From Aulosira sp. ZfuVER01 (GTDB lineage Bacteria > Cyanobacteriota > Cyanobacteriia > Cyanobacteriales > Nostocaceae), in assembly GCA_034530615.2 (NCBI GenBank), contig JAVRCV020000065.1, positions 64,001-128,000 on the forward strand: a stretch of 64,000 nt of DNA. Reading direction: 5' to 3'. The number at the start of each line of letters is the position of its first letter. Position 1 is the stretch's first letter. Below the pieces are notes generated by a model that saw only the letters and a list, made by a program, of their open reading frames with translations, did no database searches and was not told the origin of the DNA. Positions 11,139 through 20,358 of the stretch are shown here, piece by piece. The translations under genes and the position numbers were made by a program.

Positions 11139-11912
11139 CTACTCTTTTAAAACTGCTTCTAACCAAGCTAAATTTTCTGCTGACATCGCAGGTATAGGTT
11201 CTTGAGTATAGTCAATTACTAAATCATAGTTACCTTCATCATAGAGTTCACTAATTAATGTTTGTATATCTAGTAATGGCTCTGTATCGCCTTCACGTAA
11301 AGGTAAAGGAAAAGAAGGTATCGGATTTGGTAAATTAAATGGGTATAAATCAGCTTTAGGACGTTTGCAGGCGCGGCTGACTAAAATTCTATAGTCAGTT
11401 TGCAGGTTATTTTGTAGTTGCTGTATTGGCTTACCATCTCGCAGCAAATCAATTTCAACTAAATTTGTATAACTTCCTAAAACCTGTAACCGCTTTTTTT
11501 TATATGCATTTCTTCCTTCTCCCGGACGTTTATTTTTTGGAGAGAGGATTTCAATTGTAGTTACGACTTCTTGTGTCGCTACATCTCGCACTTCTAAGTA
11601 GGTCTCTTTGACAGTTTCCGGCATAATCAGATCGACTGTCACAGCTTCAACTGATGAGGAGGCAACAGCGATAGTAGCTGGTGCTGGTGATAATTCTTTG
11701 TGGGTACTCTGCACCGCGACATCAGCAACACCCACTAGTAGCGAATCTTCATCAATTGTTTGATATACTCGCTTTTCAATGGCAACTTTATATTTAGGGC
11801 GCAATTGAGGATTCAATTTCCGGAAAATAGCCGCTATGAGCAGATTGTGAATTTCTGACCAAAATAGCGGATTTTCTAAATACGGGTTCATCCCCGGAAA
11901 TGGTGAAGCCAT
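11139..11912 (-). CDS. DUF4058 family protein (PD-(D/E)xK-like)
   Basis: MASPFPGMNPYLE N-terminus, IEILSPKNK, LVEIDLLR. Confidence 0.85.
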   Translation of the reverse strand: MASPFPGMNPYLENPLFWSEIHNLLIAAIFRKLNPQLRPKYKVAIEKRVYQTIDEDSLLVGVADVAVQSTHKELSPAPATIAVASSSVEAVTVDLIMPETVKETYLEVRDVATQEVVTTIEILSPKNKRPGEGRNAYKKKRLQVLGSYTNLVEIDLLRDGKPIQQLQNNLQTDYRILVSRACKRPKADLYPFNLPNPIPSFPLPLREGDTEPLLDIQTLISELYDEGNYDLVIDYTQEPIPAMSAENLAWLEAVLKE

Positions 11913-12049
11913 CGCCACACTTCCAAATAGTTAATAATTTAATTCTCACAACCGCTGCGGTCATAGCGATCGCTTTCCCGATCGATCTCTCCTCTCTGCG
12001 ACTCTGCGTGAGACACAACCACAAAGTCACAAAGACACAGAGATGGAAA

Positions 12050-13039
12050 TTAACCCAAACCCAATTCTCGTTTCAATAAATTAATCGACTTAGTACCAAT
12101 ATAATTATCAACCTTAATCAATTTGGGTGGACGAATAATATCTTCAGATGCGGCTTGCACTGCGGCTTGTACTGCGGCATAACTTGCTTGATCGCTGATG
12201 ATAACTTCAGCCCGCTTGACGATCGCCTGAAGTTTATAAGCGTCTTTTGGTTGGGTAGTCATTACCAGAAGTTCATCTCCCCGTAAACCATGAAGAATGA
12301 CTTCGGCGGCGCGAGCTATTCCCGAACTCAGGCTAACTATGCCCACACAGTTCTCTTTAGGCAAGGTTTTCAGTAGATTGAGTTCTTTGGAATAGTCGTA
12401 GATATCTAAAGGAATCACCCGTACAGCTTTTGGGGCGGCAATTTCTTCGACATCTCCAATAAAATAGCGACTAGTCACGACTGTGGCAGAGGAAGTTTTA
12501 TCTAGTACCGCCGTTAATTCTTCCATTGGTACTAACTGTATTGGTATATGCAGCGCTTTTTCTAATTCATATACCATCAACTCGCCTGCACCAATATCGT
12601 AAGAAGGAACTGCCACTAGTACCTGAGCACTGCAACGCAAGCGCCAATCCATTTCCGCTAAAAATAGCTCTCTCGCCTCCGATAGCGAACAGCCTTGAGA
12701 AAGTAGCTCATCAAGTGCTTGCTGCACAATTTTATCGGCATCGGGATGTTGCTTGAGAGTTGGTGATTGCAGCTTGCTACCACCTTCATGTCCTTGAGCG
12801 CGTACATAAATTCCTGAACCAGCTAGGCTTTCGACAAATCCGTCTTCTTCTAGCTGACGGTAAACCTTGCTGATTGTATTGCGGTGTAAACCTGTTTGCA
12901 TTGCCAGCGCCCGTGTACTCGGCAATTTGTACCCAGGTGGATATTGCCGGGAAGCGATCGCAAACCGGATTTGATTAAACAGCTGGGTTGATGCGGGAAT
13001 TTCACTGTCTGGTTGAATGCGGAATTGAATCATCACCAA
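12050..13039 (-). CDS. plmA: Cyanobacterial GntR-family regulator PlmA
   Basis: IQFRIQPDSEIPAS, LPSTRALAMQTGLHRNTISKVY GntR HTH plus long C-terminal domain; divergent from dienelactone hydrolase. Confidence 0.85.
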   Translation of the reverse strand: MVMIQFRIQPDSEIPASTQLFNQIRFAIASRQYPPGYKLPSTRALAMQTGLHRNTISKVYRQLEEDGFVESLAGSGIYVRAQGHEGGSKLQSPTLKQHPDADKIVQQALDELLSQGCSLSEARELFLAEMDWRLRCSAQVLVAVPSYDIGAGELMVYELEKALHIPIQLVPMEELTAVLDKTSSATVVTSRYFIGDVEEIAAPKAVRVIPLDIYDYSKELNLLKTLPKENCVGIVSLSSGIARAAEVILHGLRGDELLVMTTQPKDAYKLQAIVKRAEVIISDQASYAAVQAAVQAASEDIIRPPKLIKVDNYIGTKSINLLKRELGLG

Positions 13040-13232
13040 ACCTCCTAGGTGCTAGTAGCGGCATGTGACCAGCTGCATCTGCTACTTGTTAAATATTTTA
13101 TTTATACATTGAATTTCTCTAGAGGAAATTTCTAGTGTACTGACTTTTGTTAATTGATAATCTGATGGCAGAAAGCTTTGAGATACTGGCATAGTTATAT
13201 CAAACAATCACGCAACCCTGGTAAAAATTATT

Positions 13233-13973
13233 ATGACAGAGCGAGCAATCGATACCAAAACGGTTCAAATTTCGCAAGATAATTTTTCAATATTAGCTTA
13301 CTTAGCACAACCACAAGAATCAGGCTCTTACCCTGCAATTGTGGTGTTGCAGGAGATTTTTGGTGTCAACGCTCATATTCGAGATGTCACAGAACGGATC
13401 GCTCGGTTGGGGTATGTAGCGATCGCCCTGGCACTTTTTCAACGCCAAGCACCGGGCTTTGAAACTGGCTACACTCCAGAAGATATCGAAATTGGCAGAG
13501 GCTATGCTATGCAAACTAAAGCTTCAGAATTATTGGGCGATATTCAAGCTGCGATCGATTACCTGAAAACCCTCCCCAATGTCAAAAAAGATAGCTTCGG
13601 CTGTATCGGCTTCTGCTTTGGTGGTCATGTAGCATATCTTGCTGCCACCCTACCAGATATCAAAGCTACTGCTTCCTTCTATGGTGCGGGAATTACTACC
13701 CGTACACCAGGGGGTGGAGACCCCACTGTTACTAGAACTAGCGAGATTAAAGGTACGCTTTACGCCTTATTTGGCATGGAAGATGCCAGCATTCCCGTTG
13801 AACAAGTAAATGAAATTGAAGCAGCGTTAGAAAAATACAAAATTCCGCACCGTGTCTTTCGCTACGATGGAGCTGACCACGGATTTTTCTGCGATCGTCG
13901 CGCCAGCTATAATCCTACAGTTGCCGCCGATGCTTGGGAGCAGGTGAAACAACTCTTTGGTCAACTGGCCTAA
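13233..13973 (+). CDS. Dienelactone hydrolase family protein
   Basis: QEIFGVN, GFCFGG, HGF motifs. Confidence 0.9.
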   Translation: MTERAIDTKTVQISQDNFSILAYLAQPQESGSYPAIVVLQEIFGVNAHIRDVTERIARLGYVAIALALFQRQAPGFETGYTPEDIEIGRGYAMQTKASELLGDIQAAIDYLKTLPNVKKDSFGCIGFCFGGHVAYLAATLPDIKATASFYGAGITTRTPGGGDPTVTRTSEIKGTLYALFGMEDASIPVEQVNEIEAALEKYKIPHRVFRYDGADHGFFCDRRASYNPTVAADAWEQVKQLFGQLA

Positions 13974-14049
13974 AAACCTACGCCGTCAGTAGGGATTTAG
14001 TATTGCTAAAACCCTACAACTGACTACTAATAATTTATCTTCAAACGTC

Positions 14050-14952
14050 ATGAATTCCGAATCGAAACGTTCTCAAACAGCCAATTCGCCATTTACAATG
14101 GACGATTTTGCCAAAGCGCTGGAAAAACACGACTACCAGTTTCAAAAAGGACAGGTAGTGCATGGTAAAGTGTTTCAACTTGACCATGATGGGGCTTATG
14201 TTGATATTGGTGGCAAATCGTCGGCTTTTATTCCCCGTGATGAGGCTTCTTTGAGAGCAGTTACCGATTTGTCTGAGGTGCTACCACTGCAAGAGGAACT
14301 AGAGTTTTTAATTATCCGGGAGCAGGATGCAGAAGGTCAAGTAACCCTTTCTCGCAAACAATTAGAAATTCAGCATATCTGGGAACGGCTGGCAGAAATG
14401 CAAGAAAATTCCCAAACTGTACCAGTGCGGGTTACAGGGGTAAATAAAGGTGGTGTCACCGTTGAACTGCAATCTTTGCGGGGATTTATTCCGCGATCGC
14501 ACTTGATTGAGCGTGATAATTTAGAAGCACTCAAAGGTCAAACTCTCACTGTCGGCTTTTTGGAAGTAGACCGCAATAACAAAAAGCTGATCCTTTCCCA
14601 GCGTTTAGCAACTCGTTCGAGTAACTTTAGCTTGTTAGAACTAGGTCAATTAGTGGAAGGTAAAGTCACTGGCATTAAACCTTTTGGTGTATTTGTAGAT
14701 GTAGATGGGATGAGTGCTTTACTTCACATCAAGCAAGTCAGCCAAAAATTTATTGAGTCTCTGGATAAAGTCTTTCAAATTGGTCAGCCGATTAAAGCTG
14801 TGATTATTGACTTAGATGAAGGTAAAGGCCGCGTTGCACTTTCCACCAGAGTTTTAGAAAATTTCCCCGGTGAAGTTTTAGAGAATATGGATGAAGTCAT
14901 GGCTTCTGCGGAGGCTCGTGCTAATCGCGCTAGTCAAAAATCTGCGGAATAG
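14050..14952 (+). CDS. S1 RNA-binding domain protein (ribosomal protein S1 homologue B)
   Basis: Three S1 repeats (GAYVDIGGK, LRGFIPRSH, FGVFVD..LLHI). Confidence 0.88.
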   Translation: MNSESKRSQTANSPFTMDDFAKALEKHDYQFQKGQVVHGKVFQLDHDGAYVDIGGKSSAFIPRDEASLRAVTDLSEVLPLQEELEFLIIREQDAEGQVTLSRKQLEIQHIWERLAEMQENSQTVPVRVTGVNKGGVTVELQSLRGFIPRSHLIERDNLEALKGQTLTVGFLEVDRNNKKLILSQRLATRSSNFSLLELGQLVEGKVTGIKPFGVFVDVDGMSALLHIKQVSQKFIESLDKVFQIGQPIKAVIIDLDEGKGRVALSTRVLENFPGEVLENMDEVMASAEARANRASQKSAE

Positions 14953-14976
14953 CGGCTTTCATTGATTGCACTCATG

Positions 14977-15021
14977 AGACGCTTTCCTTACTAATCTCTT
15001 TTGCGGTAAGAAAGCGTCTTT
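14977..15021 (+). terminator. Hairpin, probable terminator between convergent genes
   Basis: AGACGCTTTCCTTAC...GTAAGAAAGCGTCT followed by TTT. Confidence 0.6.
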
Positions 15022-15066
15022 GTATTAACGCACTATAAATGGCAATAGCATAGACATAGCACCATA

Positions 15067-15630
15067 CTAACTACCCATTTTTAACCAACCAAAAACTTGT
15101 TCGACAGTTAGTGCAAGTTCAATTTCTGGTAAGACTGGTAAAGAATCTTTTCCCTGGAGCAGTAATGGCTGTTGCTCTGGTAAAAATACTAAAATACTGA
15201 AGTCATCAGGGTCAAGAAACCATCCCAAGCGGCTACCATACTTCAGACAGTGCAGAATATTACCAATTACTTTATTAGGTTTTTGTTCTGGAGAGAGAAT
15301 TTCAATTGTCCAGTCTGGGGGAAGTTCAAAGTTATCAGGAACTTCTTCATCAACGGTGAATGGTATGCGAATCCACTGAAATACAGCCACATCGGGTACG
15401 ATGGAGCGTGAGCCAAAGCTACACCGTAATTCCGGAAACGCATAGGCAATTTTGCGATCCTCTGCAACTTGATTGACCGCAGCGCAGAGTTTACCTTGCA
15501 AGCGGCTGTGTCTCCCTTTGGGCATTGGCTTTTGAACGATCTCACCGTTAATATATTCGCTAGCAGGCTTGGTTTCTGGGATCTGAAGAAATTCTTCTAG
15601 AGTAAGGGGTTGGGCAGTTGTGGCGCTCAT
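15067..15630 (-). CDS. Uma2 (DUF820) family endonuclease-like protein
   Basis: TLEEFL, EYINGEIVQKPMP, VPDVAV, PDWTIEILSP. Confidence 0.9.
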   Translation of the reverse strand: MSATTAQPLTLEEFLQIPETKPASEYINGEIVQKPMPKGRHSRLQGKLCAAVNQVAEDRKIAYAFPELRCSFGSRSIVPDVAVFQWIRIPFTVDEEVPDNFELPPDWTIEILSPEQKPNKVIGNILHCLKYGSRLGWFLDPDDFSILVFLPEQQPLLLQGKDSLPVLPEIELALTVEQVFGWLKMGS

Positions 15631-15912
15631 AGCTCCAAAAATCCTGCGTGACGAGATGTATTTTTAGTCTAGCAACCCGAAGGCAAGCCACTTGATTGGA
15701 GAGCGATCGCATTTTTGATGAAAATAGAAAGGGCTATGCCTATGGTGGGCTGCACCTAAGCACTTCATGCTACTTTTCCGATATTTTTTACGGTTGATTT
15801 AGCCAAAATTGGATCGATATCTTGGCTTTTGCCGTGATTGCATCGGGTGACAATACCATTGCGTCACTGTAAATATTTTTGTTCAACTACTTATGCAAAA
15901 ACTCTCAGTGTT

Positions 15913-16401
15913 TTAGCTACTCAAAAGTAATCTTTCTTGGTGATAGCTATTTCGGAGTTCCTCTAACTTTTCTGGATTAAAAGCAAATTGAATTAACTCA
16001 ACTAGTTGTTCCCAACTATGTAATATATCTTCGGAGTGAGCTTGCCAGAATTCATTGGCGAAAAATTCCGCCCACCATTGGGGTGCTTGCTTATTTTGCT
16101 GAGGTTCATTTTGCTTACGCCAGCGTCTACGCCATTTCACAAAGTCTGATTTATTAGGCGGCTCTACACCCAGAATTGGCGGAAAATCAGCATAGCTGAC
16201 AAACTTACTCACGCCTTTAGCGTGGACATAAACCATGTAACGCCAGCATTCGACTGTATATATATCTTCAAAATTGATTTGGCATATTAAGCAAATTGCC
16301 TCTTCTGTGACAAATCGCGCTAGTGGGTGAACAATTGCTGATTTGTGAACTATTTTCGATTCACGGATGACAAGCGCTTTTGGCTTGAGTGATGATAACA
16401 T
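15913..16401 (-). CDS. Hypothetical protein
   Basis: 162-aa ATG-started ORF with a Trp-rich C-terminal half, divergent from an XRE HTH gene. Confidence 0.7.
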   Translation of the reverse strand: MLSSLKPKALVIRESKIVHKSAIVHPLARFVTEEAICLICQINFEDIYTVECWRYMVYVHAKGVSKFVSYADFPPILGVEPPNKSDFVKWRRRWRKQNEPQQNKQAPQWWAEFFANEFWQAHSEDILHSWEQLVELIQFAFNPEKLEELRNSYHQERLLLSS

Positions 16402-16563
16402 AAAGTTAAATTTCTGTTTAAAAGGAATGCCTTCCGTTTAAATGGAATGCTTACCGTTGAAAGAGACCACATCTCCTTTAACGGGATATGTGTAAAAAAA
16501 ACAAATGCAGTCGCCCTTTAGTTTTCCAGGCCAGAGGGCGATTGTTATTATTAGAATATAATA

Positions 16564-16593
16564 ATTAAACGACTCATATAAGTCATTTGTCAA
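16564..16593 (-). promoter_or_regulatory. Putative sigma70 promoter with palindromic operator in the spacer
   Basis: Minus-strand TTGACA (16588-93); imperfect palindrome GACTCATATAAGTC (16571-84); weak -10 TTTAAT. Confidence 0.45.
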
Positions 16594-16600
16594 GCAAATT

Positions 16601-16813
16601 ATGGGAATGGTTAGGCTCAAGATTCGAGAATTTGCTGCTGAGAAGGGCTGGACGCTGAAAGAGGTATCTGACCGTTCTGGTGTAGTTTATAGTACTCTCA
16701 GAACCTATGCGCGATCGCCTGGGCTAGCAACTGTAGATTTTACCGCAATTCAGAAGTTAGCACGAACTTTTGATGTGATGATTGAGGAATTGGTGGAAGT
16801 CGTGCAGGAATAA
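16601..16813 (+). CDS. XRE/Cro-like helix-turn-helix transcriptional regulator
   Basis: RLKIREFAAEKGWTLKEVSDRSGVVYSTL...KLARTFDVMIEELV, a typical small XRE fold. Confidence 0.85.
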   Translation: MGMVRLKIREFAAEKGWTLKEVSDRSGVVYSTLRTYARSPGLATVDFTAIQKLARTFDVMIEELVEVVQE

Positions 16814-16830
16814 TCTATGTTTGTATGAGT

Positions 16831-16865
16831 GCGATGTCTAACTACAAGACGCGAAGCGTCCACGC
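16831..16865. repeat. Small dispersed repeat inserted into a HIP1 site
   Basis: GCGAT + 27-nt insert (with GACGCGAAGCGTC hairpin) + CGC; removing the insert restores GCGATCGC. Confidence 0.6.
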
Positions 16866-16871
16866 TTTATA

Positions 16872-17321
16872 TTAAGGCAACGGTGGAACCGCAAAGTCAT
16901 TAAAAGAGCAAACATCGTAAGAAGAATTGGCTAATGCCCTTACCAGCTTACCGTCAAGAGTGAGCAAAGTAGCGCTTACCTGTTGCGAAAGTGCAACATA
17001 AGAAGCATCGTAGGCGGAGATTCCATAAGTTAAGGCAATAGTAACCGCATCTACCATCAAGTCCGCTGTAGAGACAACATGTAATTGTAAACTCTTGAGA
17101 GTAGCTAAATCTGCTGTAACTTTGGCTGTAGGATAAAGACCAGCACGGATGTATTTCCACAAAACGTTAGCACTTTCAATGTAAAACAAATCAGGAACAA
17201 AGAATTGATTTTGAGAATTGGCAACGTGAGACAACAGTTGATCAACTTTAGAAGATATTGGATCTGGGACAAAGTGCTTGATACACACACTGACATCTAA
17301 GACACATCTAAGAGTAGTCAT
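16872..17321 (-). CDS. PIN-domain VapC-type toxin
   Basis: VLDVSV, VPDLFYIESANVLWK, SAYDASYVALS, LLTLDGKL acidic PIN residues. Confidence 0.88.
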   Translation of the reverse strand: MTTLRCVLDVSVCIKHFVPDPISSKVDQLLSHVANSQNQFFVPDLFYIESANVLWKYIRAGLYPTAKVTADLATLKSLQLHVVSTADLMVDAVTIALTYGISAYDASYVALSQQVSATLLTLDGKLVRALANSSYDVCSFNDFAVPPLP

Positions 17322-17584
17322 CTATCCCGGTCTTCTCGAAGCATAACAGTACTATCAGGCCATTCGATATCTTTAGGAAGCTTTTCACGACGCAGACGAC
17401 TTTCCTCTAAAAGCTTGAGTACATTCTTTCGCCTTTCGTCTTCCGTTTCCTGTGTCTTTGTTTCCAAGGCATTCTGCAATATTGTAATAACTTGAGCATC
17501 AACTGAGCTATTTTCAGCCTTAGCTAACTCTTGCAGTCGTTCGTATAATTCATCAGGTATATTTAGCGGATGAAGGGTAGCCAT
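17318..17584 (-). CDS. Ribbon-helix-helix (FitA/Arc-like) antitoxin
   Basis: MATLHPLNIPDELYERLQELAKAENSS; C-terminal DSTVMLREDRDR; GGAGG RBS before ATG 17584; 4-nt overlap with the PIN gene. Confidence 0.8.
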   Translation of the reverse strand: MATLHPLNIPDELYERLQELAKAENSSVDAQVITILQNALETKTQETEDERRKNVLKLLEESRLRREKLPKDIEWPDSTVMLREDRDR

Positions 17585-17698
17585 ATCTTGACCTCCCAAA
17601 AGAATTTATTGGTAATGGTAGCACGATACAAGCAAGGATAAGAAAGGAGAATAAAAGGCAATGGTTAGCAATAAGATAAGCCGCTTCTCAGCTTGCTA

Positions 17699-18730
17699 CT
17701 AAACATCCAAACTCAACGATGTTTCTATTAATGAAAATTGTTGTTTTTTTGGCTGCGTATCTTTTTTCTCTGGTAATAGCCCAGCAGCATACAGGATTGC
17801 AATTATAGACAACACTACCATTAGCACATATAAAATTATATTACTTGTAGATTCACCAGTTATTGGATATGGGTTTACAGGTGGTACTATCACTTGAGTA
17901 ATTGATGAATTAGATGCTGTTGAAAGTATATCTAAATCTCTTAGGATTTCTTCAACTGATTGATATCTTACCTGAGATTCGTAGCGAACCATTTTAGTCA
18001 AAATACTTGCTAACCAATCACTAACGTTTGCTTTATCTCGCCAGATAACCTCTCCTAAATTATCTATTGGCAAGGATTGGGGTTCTAAACCTGTGAGTGC
18101 TTCAATTACTGTCATTCCTAATGCATAAATATCACTGTTGGGTAGAGAATGTCCTCGCATTTGCTCTACTGGAGCATAACCCTGCGTATAAATTTGAGTT
18201 CCCGGTTGTTGTAGTCTAGTATTTTGAGCAATACCTTCTTTGACTGCACCAAAGTCAATTAGAAACAAATCATCATCCTTACTTAAAATGATATTATCTG
18301 GTTTGATATCACGATGGATAACATCATTTATATGTAAAAACGCAAGAATATTTATTAATTTATCTAATATTTTTATAACTTCAGGCTCTTCTAGCTTTTG
18401 CCGATATTTTATTTCTTGACTTAAAGTATTTCCCTGAATATATTGTTGAATAAAGTAAAACTCTTGATTTTCTTCCAGATATTCAAAAAACTTAGGAATA
18501 TGTGGATATCCATTTAACTTGTGGAGAACTGTTGCTTCGCGTTGGAATAGTTCTTGAGCTTTAGTAACCTCACTTTGATTATTACTAGAGAAAGTAAAAT
18601 GCTTAACTGCATACTGAACTCCAGACTGAAACAAGTCATTCGCTAGATAAGTTCTGCTAAAACCACCTTCCCCAAGCAATGCAACAATCTCGTAACGTCC
18701 GCTGATAATTTTTGATAGCCCTGTATTCAT
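17699..18730 (-). CDS. Hanks-type Ser/Thr protein kinase with C-terminal transmembrane helix
   Basis: LGEGGFSRTY, YAVK, HRDIKPDN, IDFG, GYAPVEQ, SDIYALG; hydrophobic IILYVLMVVLSIIAILYAAGLL near the C-terminus. Confidence 0.92.
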   Translation of the reverse strand: MNTGLSKIISGRYEIVALLGEGGFSRTYLANDLFQSGVQYAVKHFTFSSNNQSEVTKAQELFQREATVLHKLNGYPHIPKFFEYLEENQEFYFIQQYIQGNTLSQEIKYRQKLEEPEVIKILDKLINILAFLHINDVIHRDIKPDNIILSKDDDLFLIDFGAVKEGIAQNTRLQQPGTQIYTQGYAPVEQMRGHSLPNSDIYALGMTVIEALTGLEPQSLPIDNLGEVIWRDKANVSDWLASILTKMVRYESQVRYQSVEEILRDLDILSTASNSSITQVIVPPVNPYPITGESTSNIILYVLMVVLSIIAILYAAGLLPEKKDTQPKKQQFSLIETSLSLDV

Positions 18731-18924
18731 GTGACACCACCGTAGCAGAGATTGTCCCAAGCAATCTTTGTCAATTAGTAACCTAGGCTGAACTGAGAAG
18801 ATAATTGACTAATTGTATTTAACGTATTTTATACTACAACAAACATGGTATAGTTAATTTTACATACTTAGAAGTTTTATTACATATTTCTCATCTATTA
18901 ATAAATTTTTGAAGTTACCAAATT

Positions 18925-20337
18925 ATGAAACAACTTTCACTTCGTTATGGTGTATTTATAATTTGCTTTGCCTTATTCTTACTTTATTTAATTACACCAT
19001 CATTTATACCTTGGTTTCCTTTTTTAATAGTTCTAGCCTTTGTGGGATTAACTGTAAAATCTACTATTGACGGTATTAGGCTAAAGAAGGCTTTACTTCA
19101 ACAAATAGATATAATAGAGCAAAAAATTCAGACTGAACTTATTCAGAAAGTTAAAGGTATTAGTAAAAATCAATATGAGAAAATTAATAAAATAGCTTTA
19201 ATAGAAAAAAGATGTAGTGAAAATCAAGAATTAAAAATTTGGGAAAGACATAAGCGCTCTTATCAATTACTTCCCAACTCCCTGTTAGCTCTTGGCTTAC
19301 TGGGGACGTTCTTAGGTATTACAATGAATTTATTCTTAATAAGTAGAAATACTGGTGGTGAACTGCAATTACAAAAAGCCTTACCAGATATTATTGGTTC
19401 AATGGCGATCGCATTCGTCAGTAGCCTGGCTGCATTAGCGGGAAGTGTGTTTCTAACAAAGTTTCACCCTACTTATGATTTAGATTTAGAGAAGGATAAA
19501 CTGCTAATTTCGTTAGAAGATTACCTTGATAATGATTTTTTCCTCTCTCAGAACCAGCCAACTGTGGCAGAAAAAATTGATGTTCTGATCAAGTCTATAG
19601 ACAACTATTCTAAAAGCTTAAACACTTTTATTACAACTCTACCGAAAAATACTCAAGATTTTCAAAATGCTGTAACAGCAGCTTCTAATATATTAAATAC
19701 ATCTGCTAATAATTTTCAGGCTGTAGCAAATCAGTCTTCGCAGTCGATGCAGACAGGCGCTAATGTTTTAAGCAATGCTACTAACAACTTAGTCAGATTA
19801 ACAACAACTTTCTCTGATATCACATCTTCTCTGCGTGACTCGACAAAATCTTTCGACAAAGCGATAGATAAATTAGAAGACTATGCAGATAATCTGCAAG
19901 ATATTGGTAAGGCTTTGGTTAATAACTCTTCACAAATCCAGAGCTTAATTCAAAACAATCAACAAAACTTGAATCAAGTGAGCGATCGCCTGGTGCAAAA
20001 TGCTAATACACTGTCAGCAACTAGCCAATCTTTCAATAATCATGTATCGCAGCTAACAACATCTTTAAGTCAGCACACAGGACAAGTTGGCAACCACAAT
20101 AATAGATTGCAGAGTTTAGCTGGAGTCATTGAAAATACTACACAGTCTTCTAATACAAATATATCTCAAGTAGTATCAGTGTTAAATCAAAATGCGTCGC
20201 TAGTAAGCAACCAAATTAATCAATTACAAAATATAGCAGAGAACATTGATCGGAATGCTCAAACAATGAAGCAAATTCAGACTAATTTTTCTGATTTATT
20301 AAATGCATTAGTACAATTACAAAAAACTGGAGGATAG
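18925..20337 (+). CDS. ZorA-like / MotA-TolQ-ExbB-type membrane protein with long helical tail
   Basis: N-terminal TMs, LLALGLLGTFLGI and MAIAFVSSLAAL channel helices, then roughly 270 aa of N/Q/S/T-rich heptad tail. Confidence 0.75.
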   Translation: MKQLSLRYGVFIICFALFLLYLITPSFIPWFPFLIVLAFVGLTVKSTIDGIRLKKALLQQIDIIEQKIQTELIQKVKGISKNQYEKINKIALIEKRCSENQELKIWERHKRSYQLLPNSLLALGLLGTFLGITMNLFLISRNTGGELQLQKALPDIIGSMAIAFVSSLAALAGSVFLTKFHPTYDLDLEKDKLLISLEDYLDNDFFLSQNQPTVAEKIDVLIKSIDNYSKSLNTFITTLPKNTQDFQNAVTAASNILNTSANNFQAVANQSSQSMQTGANVLSNATNNLVRLTTTFSDITSSLRDSTKSFDKAIDKLEDYADNLQDIGKALVNNSSQIQSLIQNNQQNLNQVSDRLVQNANTLSATSQSFNNHVSQLTTSLSQHTGQVGNHNNRLQSLAGVIENTTQSSNTNISQVVSVLNQNASLVSNQINQLQNIAENIDRNAQTMKQIQTNFSDLLNALVQLQKTGG

Positions 20338-20358
20338 CCTCAATGGAGAAATCGCAAG

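Noticed and set aside
15765..15900. Possible gene remnant (minus-strand RNGIVTRCNHGKSQDIDPILAKSTVKNIGKVA)
   Set aside because: No start and no recognisable family; too short to support.
14950..15920. att-site duplication of the tRNA-Ser 3' end or an integrase at the island's left border
   Set aside because: Not found by eye; a degenerate copy cannot be excluded.
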